64,000 bases of DNA. Source: Botryllus schlosseri (Eukaryota). Below, piece after piece: positions 46,501 to 59,604 of the stretch. Position 1 is the first letter of the stretch, and every line of letters starts with the position of its first letter. The notes beneath the pieces were generated by a model. That model made no database searches, was not told the origin of the DNA, and saw nothing but the letters and a program-made list of their open reading frames with translations. The stretch covers positions 38,752,001-38,816,000 of the forward strand of contig CM119371.1 in assembly GCA_051294905.1 (NCBI GenBank). The letters are read 5' to 3'. A program made the position numbers and the translations under genes.

Positions 46501-48946
46501 AGGCGATGTAAAGTGGAGGCATGCGCACTGAATGAAAGGTAAAGAAGATATAGTATACAAAAAAGCAATAAGCAACAAGAAATGGGGTGCCATGTCATGG
46601 AAGGCGAGATCGATAGGTCAGTCGTGGTCCAGTAATCTTGAGGACGGACTAGTATTTATTTAGTTGTAATTGCCTGTAATTAGACTTGAATGTGGACATG
46701 CTCGTCTACTGTCGGATGTCCGGCGAAATATTGCTCCACACATCAGGTCCGTCATATTTGATGAAGCGATGATCTTTTCGGTCGATCATAGGATATTTGA
46801 ACGAAGTTGTTATCGATCTGTTCCAATAGAAGGCAAATCTAACGCTGATTTAATTTGACTTTGGCAAAGACATGATCAATAGCCCACTTATCAGGACTAT
46901 ACGAAAAACCCGGATTAGGCAGCTATGTGCAAATTCCCATGTAGGCCTACCATGTACCAGCGATCAAAGACAGTAAATATCAATTTTCAATAGGGTAAAT
47001 CGGTATAACCATTATAGGGTTGTCCAAAATTTGGAAAATCTTACAAATCCGACGTTGTAATGTCTTATTCTTTAGTTAATTGATAAAAACGGCACTGGGC
47101 CTAAAAGAAGCTCACTGGAAGGCCGTCAAGATTTCGTGCAAAGCGTTTGAAAGTAGCTGCCGAAGAATGGGCGTGTCGCCGACCATAGAACGACGAGAAG
47201 ACTGGTAACCACGAAACCACGGCTCTTGATTGGCTAATCGGCTATGCTTTAATGACCACGACAGCAGCAGCTTGTTGATTAGCTAATCAAAGAGTCTGCT
47301 AAAGGCGGCGATTCTGAAAGCGCCTTGTACGTAGGTTGATAGATAATGATTTAGGATTGATTGTGGGTATGTTGAGGTACGAAATACATGATGAACAAAC
47401 AACAGCTGCATCACAAAAACGTCTTAAGCTTGACCGCTTTATTGTTAAGGAAACCGCCGTAGCCTATATGCCTTGTTTTCAACAAGGGAAAGCATAGACG
47501 CTTATGCAAGTGACGACGGATTCCTAGTTTCAGAAAGGATATATCATTATTGAATACAAATATAAAGCTTAACAATGCCACTATAATTTGTGTGATCTTA
47601 TCGGGCTCAGGTTGTAGTACATAGCTGAAGTTTTGAATGCTCTAGGGATCGGCTGAATCAGACGGTTATGTTTTCAAAGTCCCTAATATGAGGTTTCATC
47701 TCGATCAGTCGGACCCGAACTCTTTCTATTCCTCTCAATCTCTATTCTGCCTATTGTCTTCGCAAGTTTATGCTTTTCAAGGACTAATAACACCATAACA
47801 TCTATCCTATTAGTTTTATGCTGGGGTGCGGGTGGAAACATTCTTAGTGATCACAAACTATTGTCAAACACATTTTCTTAACGTTTCACTTATTGGGTGT
47901 AGTGTAGTGTGTGTAGTATCCAACATCATGTATATACAAACGCACTAAGAGTATCTATGACGGTGGTTCACGACCTTTTTAACCTCGCGGACAGGTAGAC
48001 CATGAATGAATGCAACCCAAATGTACATTGTAAACTTCATTTATGCTCCTTTCTGTAGTAGCTATTGCGTGATTCCATTGAAGTTTACGAAGTCCTCTTA
48101 ATGACCACTAATTTGATCGTGATTGGTCGGTATCCTTCGAAAGGAATGCGATGGTGTTTGCTGTTTAGACTCTATTATGGTGCAAGTGTCGCTTAATTAC
48201 ACCGTCGTAATTTAACAACGTTTGTTTGAAAATAACCGCAGCTTTCACATAAAACTTGTCCGAAACGAGTTCCTGGCTACATTTAAACAGTTCCGGACAA
48301 CAACACTTGCACCATTGTGGAGATACCATCAAAGTAGACAATGACATCTCTCTTACGACAAAATGCTGAAGAATACATTTCGATCTTTTCAATCAATAAA
48401 TTTATCATTTGATGTTTTATTTGTCTAATGAATGAACATGCGTATTAATTAGAATTTTGGATTTGAGATATAAAATTCTAATATATTTCGCGGACTGCCA
48501 AGAAACTTGCTACGTTCCGGTACCGGTCCGCGGACCAGCCGTCTAGAACAGTGATTCCCAACCGCGGCTATCATGTGGCTGCAAGGTAGCCTTCTTGCGG
48601 CTCTGATTCACCTCAAAATGCCACAAAAATATAATAGACGACAGTTGTTGTTTGTTCCTATGAATTGTTATAGTCAATTTCTGTATATAAATACTAAAAT
48701 GATGGATATTGGTTATGTCTAAAGCCGTCCAAGGCTGCTTCTGAAAACCAAGAAAGATAATTCTTGCAGACTAGCGTCAAACGCATGGATGAATACCCGT
48801 CAGACAAGGATAAATCTTGAGCTCCGCTGGTTATTGACCTTTATATATTGTCTCTGTGAAGAGTAAATTTCGACACAATTTTCCTAACATCAAAATAATG
48901 GCTTACATTCACGTAAAAATTGCAATAAGTCCAATACTACTCAGCG

Positions 48947-51852
48947 CAGTGCTTTTCAACCTCTTTGAGCTCCATTCGCATTTTTTTTGTAAAATAAATT
49001 TCATTCGCACGAACTAATCGAAAATTGTCATACAAAAAGAAGATGAAGATACTTAACAACACTTTGTTCAGATGTGCAACAAATTTGCAACTATACTATA
49101 TACATATATGTAGCTTAAGCTATCATGTGTCTCATTGAAAAGGCAACTTTTTTCGCTCGTTTTGATTTCCACTATTTCACCCTTCTCAGCCAAACCAGTT
49201 GTTCGGTTTTGTACAAGAACGTCTACTAGTGCTGTGATAGTCAGGTCTTAAAATCTGTTCTGCACTCCTATCCAAAATGCAGCGTATTTTTCGCGAGTGA
49301 AAAATGCTTGCAGGCAGAAATAGTTTTGGAGAGCTAACACAAAGGTCCCGGAGGCTCCTGTTTGTCGACAGGTGAAAACCCCACATGTTTTTGTTGAGGC
49401 TCTTGCCTTATGACTTCGAACATAAGGTGCAAACTAGGGATGGTGTGAACGTGAGGTTCACGTTCGCGTTCTGTGTGTGAACCTCGGAAATTTAGAGGTT
49501 CGCGTTCACAACAGAACCTTGGTAGGTTCTGCACTGTGAACCTTTTTCATACACTACAATTTTCACTTCATTACAACATCGTTGGTTCAAATTTATTGCA
49601 TTTCAACTGCAGGCCGCTCTATATGCATGGCGCTATAGGCATAAAAAATCAACACTAAACGAGCATGTACCTTGACAATCTCAAAAGTTTTACTTGCTTT
49701 GTTGCAAAAGTTTGCTCGAAATATCCAACTTTATTGACTCTCTGCTGCGAGCTTGACCTTCAATCACAAAATATCACGATCGAAATAAGCTACGTGGGCC
49801 TAGTCAGCGAATGATGCTTATTCCACCATGGCCATGATTCCACTAATCAATCTAGCAGGCGTATGGGGTCAATCTTTACTTCCTATGTTTACTGGATCAT
49901 TAAAACCAAATCGGTGCGATTGAGGCGTTGGCTACTGCTGGATAACTTGTTAACGGGGTAATATCGAGAGCAAGTTTAGAAACCCGTTTTACACTCTGCT
50001 CAATATCAATGTAGCAATACTCAGACGCCGAATACATTTTCCGATCTGTCATACGAAAAAGGTGACTTGAGTCTGACTTGAGTCAAGTCATGACTCGAGT
50101 AGTCCCAACACTGCTACAAGGCTAAAATATTCATCTTCCTTGCCCGACGGCATATGCACATCATGGTATGCATATACGCAGATCGTGTGTATGTATATCA
50201 TGAGTCGGTGTATATGCCACAAGAACATCAAAGACAAAAATAAACTACGTCCCTTCCTTCCCTTATATTCCCTGCTAAGTCCTCGTCAAAATTGTTGGCA
50301 AAGCGACGGAAGAAATTGATTTTATGAGATTATTATATCATTTGATTGCCCCAGTTGATACATTTGGCGACGTTTAAAACGTCAATATGTATTTCAGCGT
50401 TGTGACGTAGTGCTGCCTGAATCGTCGTATAGGTATCGTGTACATTAATACAGGCTATCATTTCATTGAAGGATAGGTTGGAATTAGCAATATGACGTCC
50501 CGTGACGTCATGAGGTTCACGTTCGTGTTCACACAGAACCTTTCAAAAAGGTTCGCGTTCACACGAACCTGAACCTTTTAGAGGTTCACACCATCCCTAG
50601 TGCAAACCGATCAAGAGTAGGCACATTAGAGTTCGCTACCTTATGATACTTGTTTTAACTTCTGTCTCGCTAGTATATGAGAAGAGCTGTGCGATCTGAG
50701 AGTTTTTGTGGCATTTCGGTACCCGAGCCTCACGCATGAAAAGGAATTGATGTTTAATATTACAGGTATATGCTACGATTTTACGGACATGTATGACATA
50801 CAGAACGCGCACAACACAATTCTACTCAACACAGCTCTACAAAACATAATGAACGCGATTGCATATTAGGGCAAATTAAATTCCTCTGCGTGTCGCAGTT
50901 GTACTACTGTCTACTCGGATTGCAAGAACGAGACTATTCCGTGCTGACAACGGAGCATATCGAAAGGTTTGGCCATCCAACATCGATCATTTTTATACCA
51001 AGATTTTGTCGCCGCTTATGTTTTTGATACCGCATTTTATCAGTGGTTTGTTGGCCAAGACTTTACGTCTGCATGTGACCGACGAAGAAGGGGTTGGCCT
51101 CGGAATGAATGAGTCTCATAGGCCTGAACTCGCTCGTTGCACACCGTTACAATAGTTCATCCCAACGGTCTTCGACCATGTTTTCCAGAAAAACCAGTCG
51201 GACAAATCGTATCATGAATTCTCATGATAAAGCCATATTTTCTGCGTATCTCGCTTATTGGCTACAGTACCCAACACAGTGACCTTGGATATGTAAAAAC
51301 TATCGCAGGATTTTTTGCAATAAATTCATGAAATATTATATACATAGTAACAGATAGCTCTGGCACCGTGTCGACCCAAAATTAAACCCTTTGCGGTCCA
51401 TACCTTAATAACCCTTGAAGGAGTGAAAATTTGAGTTACAGTTACTTGCAAGTGTGCGTAATGATGGCATTTACTGCTATCCTCAGACCTCATGCCTCGC
51501 GCTAATCGAGCAGTTATTATGAAAATATGATGATTGTTAGTGAAAGAAAGCAGACAGTCAATTTGACGAAAATATTAATTCAGAACGGCTTTTGAGAGCA
51601 ACGAATAGTGGTGCGTCGTAAGTTGAACAAGTTTTTACAATTTCGTCGCCACTACAAAAGTTACACTGACTTTAAATTTCCTATTAGGTTTATTTGAATT
51701 ATTCAACGTCAGAAAAATTAACAATTAGTCACAATTTTCATTCGCACTTGATCCGGATTTTCATTCGCACTATTCGCACCACGTTCGTCATTCGCACTGC
51801 AATTTTTTTCATTCGCACGCGTGCGAACCGTCACACAGGTTGAAAAGCACTG
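48947..51852 (+). mobile_element. hAT-type element, family B (CATTCGCAC subterminal motifs)
   Basis: TIRs cagtgcttttcaacct / aggttgaaaagcactg. Perfect TSD actcagcg. Confidence 0.92.
49435..50599. mobile_element. Nested hAT-type element (AGGTTC/GAACCT motifs)
   Basis: Perfect TIR tagggatggtgtgaac / gttcacaccatcccta. Perfect TSD gtgcaaac. Confidence 0.92.
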
Positions 51853-53069
51853 ACTCAGCGTATATTCACCCGCAAAGAGCTATGAAATAACGACATAATA
51901 GTAAGCTATGTTGTAGCAATGAGATGTATTTTTATTTTATTTTAACGGATAGCACTCGCCGATCTGCATCTATCAATGCTAAAATAACCGATAGAGAATC
52001 ATGGCTCGCGCCCACTTTGGGTTCTACTGCTCTATATGATACTATTTAGCTGTGGCGCAACATCTGCTGATGACGACCGCAAATCCGCCCACCAGTGGTC
52101 TTCAATACTCAGCTCTTTTCGTACGACTGTATGCGCTGTTAACGTTCATCCGTGTTTTAGGTAGGCCAACGAGATTCTGCGTGAATGCGTTGACGCCATT
52201 TTGCGGTAAATTGGTCGGCATCATTTGTCAATCACTGATGAAGGTATTATCTTTGCTATCTCCAACAAAACCGGCAACATATGCTATGGTATATTTCAGG
52301 AAGTGATTAATCTGCAAGATAGGATCTTATTCCTTGAATTCACGTCGATTGTAGTAAACGTTTTGTACCATAATATGCAATCCACAGTGATAAACACTAC
52401 GAAAAAGTCGTTTCGCGCAGAATTATCCCACTAGCTGCCGGATAGTTAATAATGTTAGGTCTGTAAACGTCAGAGGTGGTCTACCTGTGGTTGTGTACAA
52501 ATATTTATGCGGCCGTATACACATAACTAAATCATCCTGTGTTGACGGCCGGAAATATTTGAATTTACGAAATGACTCCCAAATTTGGAAGAGATTTCTT
52601 CAATTTCTTAGTGATTCGATAGGGGTGAGTTCATCTTTCGATTTTTATATATTATAGTGTCCTTGCAGTCACAGACCCGTCGTGTAAATGCAAACCGCAG
52701 CGAAAAGTGATGATCTTCATATAGAAATACCAAGTTGGAATCGCGTGCGTCTCACGAATGGAGGCTTTTCAGGGACGTTTTGGCGATTCCAATAATATTT
52801 TGAATATACCGACAACCCTGGTGCAAAGAAATAACGGCATGCAACAAAGAGATTAATAACAACGCGAAGATGCGTCATCATTAATGATGTGACTAAAATT
52901 TCCAAATATAACCCCTTCATCAGCTCTATACTGGTAAATCTGACCACATGAGCTGATGCATCATAACAATTTGATGGTCATATGAGGAAAACGAAACTAC
53001 CTATGTTGTCGACGAAATTCATTCATGAAGATGTCTGTGCTGTCAGACACATAATACTGTGAAAATATA

Positions 53070-53125
53070 GACTCTATTCTCTTTCTTTCTCACTCTCTCT
53101 CTCTCTCTCCCTCTCCCTCTCCCTC

Positions 53126-53165
<40 letters not shown>
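53070..53165 (+). repeat. (CT)n microsatellite, probable retroelement tail
   Basis: Preceded by aatatagactct, as at 6171. Confidence 0.7.
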
Positions 53166-53168
<3 letters not shown>

Positions 53169-53367
53169 GGTAGTTGACACACTGTTGATAGAAGTGCTGA
53201 CAGAAATAGATTTTATTTCAGGTGAATATGTTTTGTACAACAATCACTGTATACTATCGTCCAATATATGGCTCTAACGAATATTATTCATCCAATAAAT
53301 ACTGGGAAAGAATCATTTCAACTTTCTGAAATTGATTCAACGCCGGCCTATGTAATTCACGCATCAC

Positions 53368-53440
53368 CTATCCCAGGGTGAGGCTCTTGTACAAAGACAG
53401 GGGGTGGTGCCAGTATGCCAGTTTCCACGTGCGAAGACAT
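53368..53440 (-). CDS. Probable exon of the TSP1-repeat gene
   Basis: tttcctttAG acceptor. Open in phase 0 (MSSHVETGILAPPPVFVQEPHPGI), matching the phase-0 end of the previous exon. The AG|GTGATG donor is uncertain. Confidence 0.4.
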
Positions 53441-54194
53441 CTAAAGGAAAATATGACAGCATCGTTAAATGATTACTGGGTGTGATTCTGAAATTAACAT
53501 CGATTCAGAGATGATACGATTTGTAAAGTTTTATGTGTGATGGTCAGCTATAGTAAATAGAATTTGATTTCCATTGCGGAGCCTGTCATTCCCGCAGGGC
53601 TTTGTATCTAGTATTCTAATGTTTGGCCAACAACTGAATGAATTAGAATAAACGTCCAATACACACAGTTGCATCCAGAGGTGGTAAAAGTAGTCGAAGT
53701 TGCTTCTCAAGTAGAAATAAAAGTGCCGACAGTAATTACATGTAGGCGTAGTGATTTCCAAGACGTTAGAAACCTACTAATGGTAAAAGTACAGCACGAA
53801 AGGTCTGCAAATTAATTCTGGTCGCGGGTTCAAATACTTCTGGCAGTCGGTGTTGGCTACTTTTTAGCTCGAAAGAGGGGCAAAACGACTTTTGACGCCA
53901 CAAATATGGGTACAATCATCGGAAATATATGCATCAGTTGTTGTAATGACTATTCACTCGGTTCCTCATGAGGATTTCCCGCATTAAATTAAATCTTTAC
54001 AAAATAGAAAATGTTAGAAGCAAATAGTCTCGTCGAAAGCAAGTTCAAGCAGAATTGGAAATAGTCTATAAACAAAACTTCAGTACTTCTAAAAAGTAGA
54101 GCTAGGCCGTTATAGATCACCGCTGGATCTATGGTAGTATACTCTCAATGAATATTATTTCCTGCACTTGTGAGATTGAAATACATCAACTCAC

Positions 54195-54379
54195 TGATGT
54201 TCGTTGAACGTTACACATCTGGACTTCTCTGGCGCCTATATTCCACGGATCGGGACAAAATTGCGGATATGGAGTCATGACCTTGGTGCCGACGTTCACA
54301 CATTTTCTGGTGCGGACGATCTCGCCAGTTCCGAGAGTAACAGAGCATTTCGAAAAGGAAGACCACTGCGTCCAGATAA
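54195..54379 (-). CDS. TSP1 (thrombospondin type-1) domain exon, 4-Cys variant
   Basis: tacAG acceptor and GTGAGT donor. Reads IWTQWSSFSKCSVTLGTGEIVRTRKCVNV...FCPDPWNIGAREVQMCNVQRTS. This frame is missed by the ORF track. Confidence 0.8.
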
Positions 54380-54894
54380 CTGTATGTAAAGTTAGCGAGT
54401 AAAGTCAATCTGTGTCTCAAACATTCTATGCAACCGAGGATAGAGGTGTGCATTGACAAAATTCTATTACACTGTGAACGAAATAGCGTATTTCTTCGAT
54501 TGTCACTCGAATGTAGGACCAAAACCTTGTTAACGTCACTTTCAGACACCCTTGTGCTTTCATCCCGTTGCAAAATGTAAAAATGAGTCAGGTACACCAA
54601 TTCTTATCGAGATGTATCGTAGAGGTGTAGAGGATCCTGTTCAGTGTGCCACCCAAATAAATCACAAGAGTGCGCTAAAATATATTCCTGGGTTGTATCT
54701 TCTAAGTATTGGTATGAATGATTCATTTCCACACATTGGATTGGAGGTGGAAGCACAATTTGGTACATGAAATTTCTTTTTACGTGATTTACACTTAGTC
54801 TATTGTAGTAGTCCGATGTATAGCCTACATATAATAAATCCACGCACGGAATTCATAGTATTGGTTTTGGCTACTTGCATTACTTACTGTAGTG

Positions 54895-55679
54895 TAGGGG
54901 GCGCCAACTCAAATCTCGGACAGGCCGCTGACCGCATGAATTCAATTTGGAGATAAAATAGGCAACATAGATTAACAACCACGTTTTCAAAACTTTACGC
55001 CAGTGCAACGCTGGGCTCTCTAACATGGGCGACGGGCATAGTTACCACAATAGAAATAATCTCTTAATGAAGAAATGCAAATCCTCAAAAAATATTATTT
55101 TCACCACTTCACTTCAATATTTAACCGTGAGCGGCGCGCGATACTTGACACTGATACGTACAACATGGCTGCAGGTTGCAGCTCTCATATTCGAATGTCG
55201 ATTTTCCCCTACAAAACGATGACAGGTATAGTGGCGGCACTGTTCTGTCCACACATGTCCGGAACCTGGTCCGTATACCGTTACCGCAACTCCGACCACA
55301 GTCGCTCCACGCCTCCCACTCAGTCATTTCGTCTGAAATATCGAACACGAATATCATCTGAAATATCGAACACGATTTGGCGTTCTCTGAAGGCCGGGAC
55401 ATTTTAAGTCAGATGTCATACAGCAGTGCGACCAAATATACTTCTGTGCAACTGTTACATTCGTTAAATTTCCTGTATATGACGGTCTCGCATTGACGCT
55501 CTAACTTTTGGGAACAAATAGAATTTGGTTCATATGTCCATAACACTCTGAACTCAGCGCGCGCAATTTCTTGCCTTCCCAGAGTTTCGTGTCAATGTAA
55601 CCGACTTGTTGTTAATAGCGACTAGAGTGATAGGCGGCCGGATGAAATCGTGTGGCGGGCCGTATGGTTAACACTCCTG
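54895..55679 (-). mobile_element. hAT-type MITE (family of 14593-15407) enclosing a TSP1 exon
   Basis: Ends taggggcgccaactcaaat and, on the minus strand, caggagtgttaaccatacggcccgccacacgatttcatccg match the two ends of the 14593 element. 55400-55630 aligns with 14810-15020. Flanks ctgtagtg/gtgtagtg. Confidence 0.65.
55162..55332 (-). CDS. TSP1 domain exon (symmetric phase 1-1)
   Basis: tttcAG acceptor, GTACGT donor, 171 nt. Reads DEMTEWEAWSDCGRSCGNGIRTRFRTCVD...FCRGKSTFEYESCNLQPC (WxxW, CxxxCG, RxRxC). Confidence 0.85.
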
Positions 55680-55964
55680 GTGTAGTGGGAAACGAGCCAA
55701 GCATGCTGTGCAGACACTTTTCTATCCTCATGCTTAAGAGGATGAGCCCTGCATGATTTGTTATGAACTGAATTTTATTAAATATAGATATTTTCTCGAA
55801 TTCCCTAATTCTAATTTTAATGTAATAGCCTAATTTTGAAATGAACAGCGCGATAATTCCAAGTTTAATCGAATTTGAAAAAGCTGAACTTTCTCTATTT
55901 CTCAAAGTATGACTGCAGCTTAAGCTTGAAAATATAATACCCATAAATTTGCCAATTCATGTAC

Positions 55965-56031
55965 CACCCCTATTGACTCTACAGGTTTGCTTCAAAGTTA
56001 ATCCAACTTCACTGTAGATTGAATTCGGCCC
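55965..56031 (-). CDS. Possible upstream exon of the TSP1-repeat gene
   Basis: ttgcAG...G|GTACAT. Reads GPNSIYSEVGLTLKQTCRVNRG and ends in phase 1, compatible with either downstream TSP1 exon. Confidence 0.35.
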
Positions 56032-56259
56032 CTGCAATTCAACTTTCAGCCTAGATGCGATTGGCGAGTTTTATTTCGTTACTGACGGTTATTTGTTTGT
56101 TTATTTATTAGTAGTTTGTGGTATTCATAGTTGCTGACAACTATACCCCTGACGAGTGTCAGCCGATAATATCCGGGTTCATTTCGATATGAATATACTA
56201 TTTAATTATTCATGGTGTGTGTGTCGACTACTCTGGTCATTTACAGATGCCCAATTTTT

Positions 56260-56445
56260 TTCATTTTTATTCCGTAGCTGCCGACTTGTAGCACGGCCAA
56301 CCAAGACACCGCCTACACGGATTATATGGCGAGGAGGAGCCTAGGTAAACCTCCAACACTTAGGTAGGAATTCTGGTGTCGACCTCGGTCGGAATCGAAC
56401 CGCAACCCATTGATGTTGCAGCCGTGGATCATACCACTACGATAT
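56260..56445 (-). mobile_element. tRNA-derived SINE (same family as 10340-10549)
   Basis: Minus-strand gtagtggtatgatcc...ggttcgattccgaccgaggtcgac and a shared body. Confidence 0.75.
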
Positions 56446-56920
56446 CTTAACACGTCTTTACTGACGGTGTCCTGCTTTTTAGGTGAGTGTGACGCTTATG
56501 AATCTATCAATTACGTTTCAAACTTGAAAACCGGTTCATTTCACCCCCCCCCCATCGAATAGACCAATACAACGACGTGGTGTGGTGCGTATGTTTGGGC
56601 ACGCGTGTGAAAAACAACTACCCGTCCTTTCAATTTACCATGGCACTACTGTTATTCCGGTACATGGCAGTTCCGATATGCTACCGAACACCGGATCGTT
56701 CTCAATAGAGTAATACCAATTGTATCGTACAAACGTACCCATGGGGCGACAGCAGTCCTGGCGAGTCTGCACTCGATAACTCGTAGAAGGCTCGTAAAAG
56801 ATGGATCTGAGTGTTATTCGCGTTTGCTTGTTTTGATATTATTAGGGTTTCAACAACATTGGTCATTTTACACTAAGCCGACATTCTTCATTTTTTATTC
56901 CGTATTTACCGACTTGTAGC

Positions 56921-57089
56921 CAATGTTCTCTCTAAGCTGCGCACGTGCGCAAATGCGCAGTGCTGACACGGTCTCTGCGCACAGAAAATCTAAGTTGCGC
57001 ACAAAAAAACCTAAGTGATGACCTTTTTTTTCAGTCACTACGCACTGACGTCCAAGGCACAAACTCGTCAAATATTAGACGAAACATTG
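56921..57089. mobile_element. Small hAT-type MITE inserted in a SINE
   Basis: caatgttctctctaa / ttagacgaaacattg ends. Perfect TSD cttgtagc. Confidence 0.8.
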
Positions 57090-57250
57090 CTTGTAGCACG
57101 GCCCACTTCTGGGCTTTTTATATGACACCGTCTATACTCTATACGGATCACATGGAGAGGAGGAGCCTAGGCAGGAATTCTGGGGTCGACCTCGGTTGGA
57201 CTCTAACCCGTAACCCATTGGTGTTGCAGCTGTGGATTATACCGCTACAC

Positions 57251-59604
57251 CAGTGCTTTTCAACCTTTTTGAGCTCCATTCGCACTTCTTTTTGAAAAAT
57301 AATTTCATTCGCACCAGTCAGCCGAAATTTAGTACACGAAAAGAAAATGAAGAAACTTATCACTTTTGTATTCGAAGAGCTTCTTGGAGGTACAGAGCTT
57401 CATTATTTTGCATTCAGCGTATCGTATTATTGACTAATCAAGCACTAAAATCTCTGCAGTAGAAATATCAGAGATATCGCACTCCCGTTATTCTAAAGAA
57501 GTTCGTTGCATTTTCCGGGGGTATCGTGCAGTGATTTGCTTGGAAGCTTAAAGGGCGAACCCAAGAACAATATTCACTCGCAACAATATCACTTTGCCAC
57601 TAAATCCACATGTTACGTCATAGCGATGTGAATGTGTTTGCATTTAGAACGCACAAAATAGTGAAACTGCACTTGAATCGTAGCATCAATGTTGCGACTA
57701 GCACCTTTGGTTCATTTTCTGACAACAATCGAAAAGATGCTTCGCGTACTAAGGTATATTAGATAGGGTTACCATACCTCCTCCTTTAGGAGGATTTGTC
57801 CTCCTTTTTCGTGTTTTTGAAAATGTCCTCCGAGGACGCCTAAATGTCCTCCTTCATGAGATTTTGTCCTCTTTTTTAGGTATTTTGGTCAAATTTATTG
57901 CAAAATTCGACTGAGATGCCGTAAATCAGCATCGAAGTGACGCTCCGGAGGGTATTTCGGGAGCTGAGCTAAAGTTGACCTTTTTTCATTTTAGTCAACC
58001 GACTACGAAGTGGTAAATATTTACCACCTTTTCAGGATTTTCCACCCGCATTCTGTGTTTGAAAATTTTGAAATAGTGTCCTCTTTTCCCGATTCCAAAG
58101 TATGGTAACCCTTATGTTAGACGATTGGATGGTACGGTGGGCGTTAAAATCAGGAATGCATTGCTATACAAACCCACACAATCCGAGTAATTGATGACTG
58201 TTGTTTATGGATAAGCTTAGGCTTCATTCACTTCTTATCTATGCAGTACACAAATCAACATATCTTTCAATACCAACGTTCGGCATCCTTGTGTTGTCAT
58301 TTGTCAAAGCCCACACTTTCACCTTCTTGAATAATTATTACTCACATAAGATTCATGATTAACACACAGTTATATCGGCCCGGGTAGAAAACTGCGGGAT
58401 GGCTCTTAGGTCAATCGTACAATATTGGAAAACTGACTGAAATAATGCCAAATTATCTTTACTATCCCACATATCCTTATACAGAAAGAGTAATAAGGTT
58501 CAACAGTCTAATTAAGCCGGCTAAAAAAGGAATATTGTAAGACATACGGCTTGGTGGATTTGATTTTGCTCTGCAGAGGGTGCTCACTGCTCATCTGCTC
58601 AAGCTAAACCGGTAGAGTTCGGAGTATTACAAAGTTTGTAGTACAAAGGCGGTACGAACACGAACTAGGCAAACTTTTCCTATGGATCAGCAAGCTTAGT
58701 GGAATCACCAATATGTTATATATAGGCATATGCCTTTACGACCTAGACTTGGCCTGAGATCATCAGTCCAAGAACAGGAAAGCGTGTCTAAGCCTATAAA
58801 TTGTGGAGTTCGCATTACAAACAGGCCATTGCACTGGTCAGTAGTTAAACTGCCCAGTGACTTAATAATTCGATGTGATGCAAGATAAATATTCATTGGA
58901 CGTAAGACACTAATGTGCTTACACCAATGTTATTTATAACAGCCTCTAATCCTTGGTTAGGTACACGAGTAAACAACATTTGTTATAGATCTAATGTGCT
59001 AATTGTTATAGTTGAAGAAACGTCAAATTCTGCTGTTAACCAACATGAATGTGTGCCAAAATTCCAATATTTTGCATTCAAATATGCAAAATGTCAACAC
59101 TGGCATCAGCTACTATTACCTACATTCCTGCAATAAGGTCGGTATACAATATCCAATGTCCATACACGGTGGATGCTTCCGAGCAAGAGAGCAACTGATA
59201 CCGATTGAACTCCTTCTTTTTTCCATGCAGTGACGTAATCCTCTCGCGCGGAAATATTATCTCAAGCTTTGCATTATACACGCATCGGGAGCGTTCCTCA
59301 CTTGTGAACTAGAAAAGCCTAGTTACCAACAAGTTTTTACAATTGCTTCCAAACGACAAAAATTACGGGCTCACTGTGCTTAATATCGTGTTTATTTGAA
59401 TTATTCCACGTCGGAAAAAGTGAGGAACATGGACAATTTTCATTCGCACTCATCCGGATTTTTCATTCGCACCATTCGCACCTCGCTTGCCGTTCGCACT
59501 CATACGGATTTTTCATTCGCACCATTCGCACCACGCTCGCCATTCGCACTGAAATTTTTTTCATTCGCACTAGTGCGAACCGTCACACAGGTTGAAAAGC
59601 ACTG
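57251..59604 (+). mobile_element. hAT-type element, family B, inserted in a SINE A-box
   Basis: Same TIRs as 48947-51852. Perfect TSD cgctacac. Confidence 0.92.
57764..58113. mobile_element. hAT-type MITE, family A, nested in the family B element
   Basis: tagggttaccata...tatggtaaccct. TSD atattaga/atgttaga. Confidence 0.85.

Noticed and set aside
46244..46593. Minus-strand ORF with a signal-peptide-like start (MAPHFLLLIAFL...)
   Set aside because: Lies in the repeated non-coding module also seen at about 29.4, 40.0 and 41.5 kb, where the frame is not conserved.
52717..52830. Terminal exon of the TSP1 gene (GLSVYSKYYWNRQNVPEKPPFVRRTRFQLGISI*)
   Set aside because: Acceptor and phase are compatible but there is no homology or other support.
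56638..56806. Additional upstream exon of the TSP1 gene (SIFYEPSTSYRVQTRQDCCRPMG...)
   Set aside because: One frame is open and the splice-like ends are plausible, but its phase does not match the next candidate exon and no domain is recognisable.
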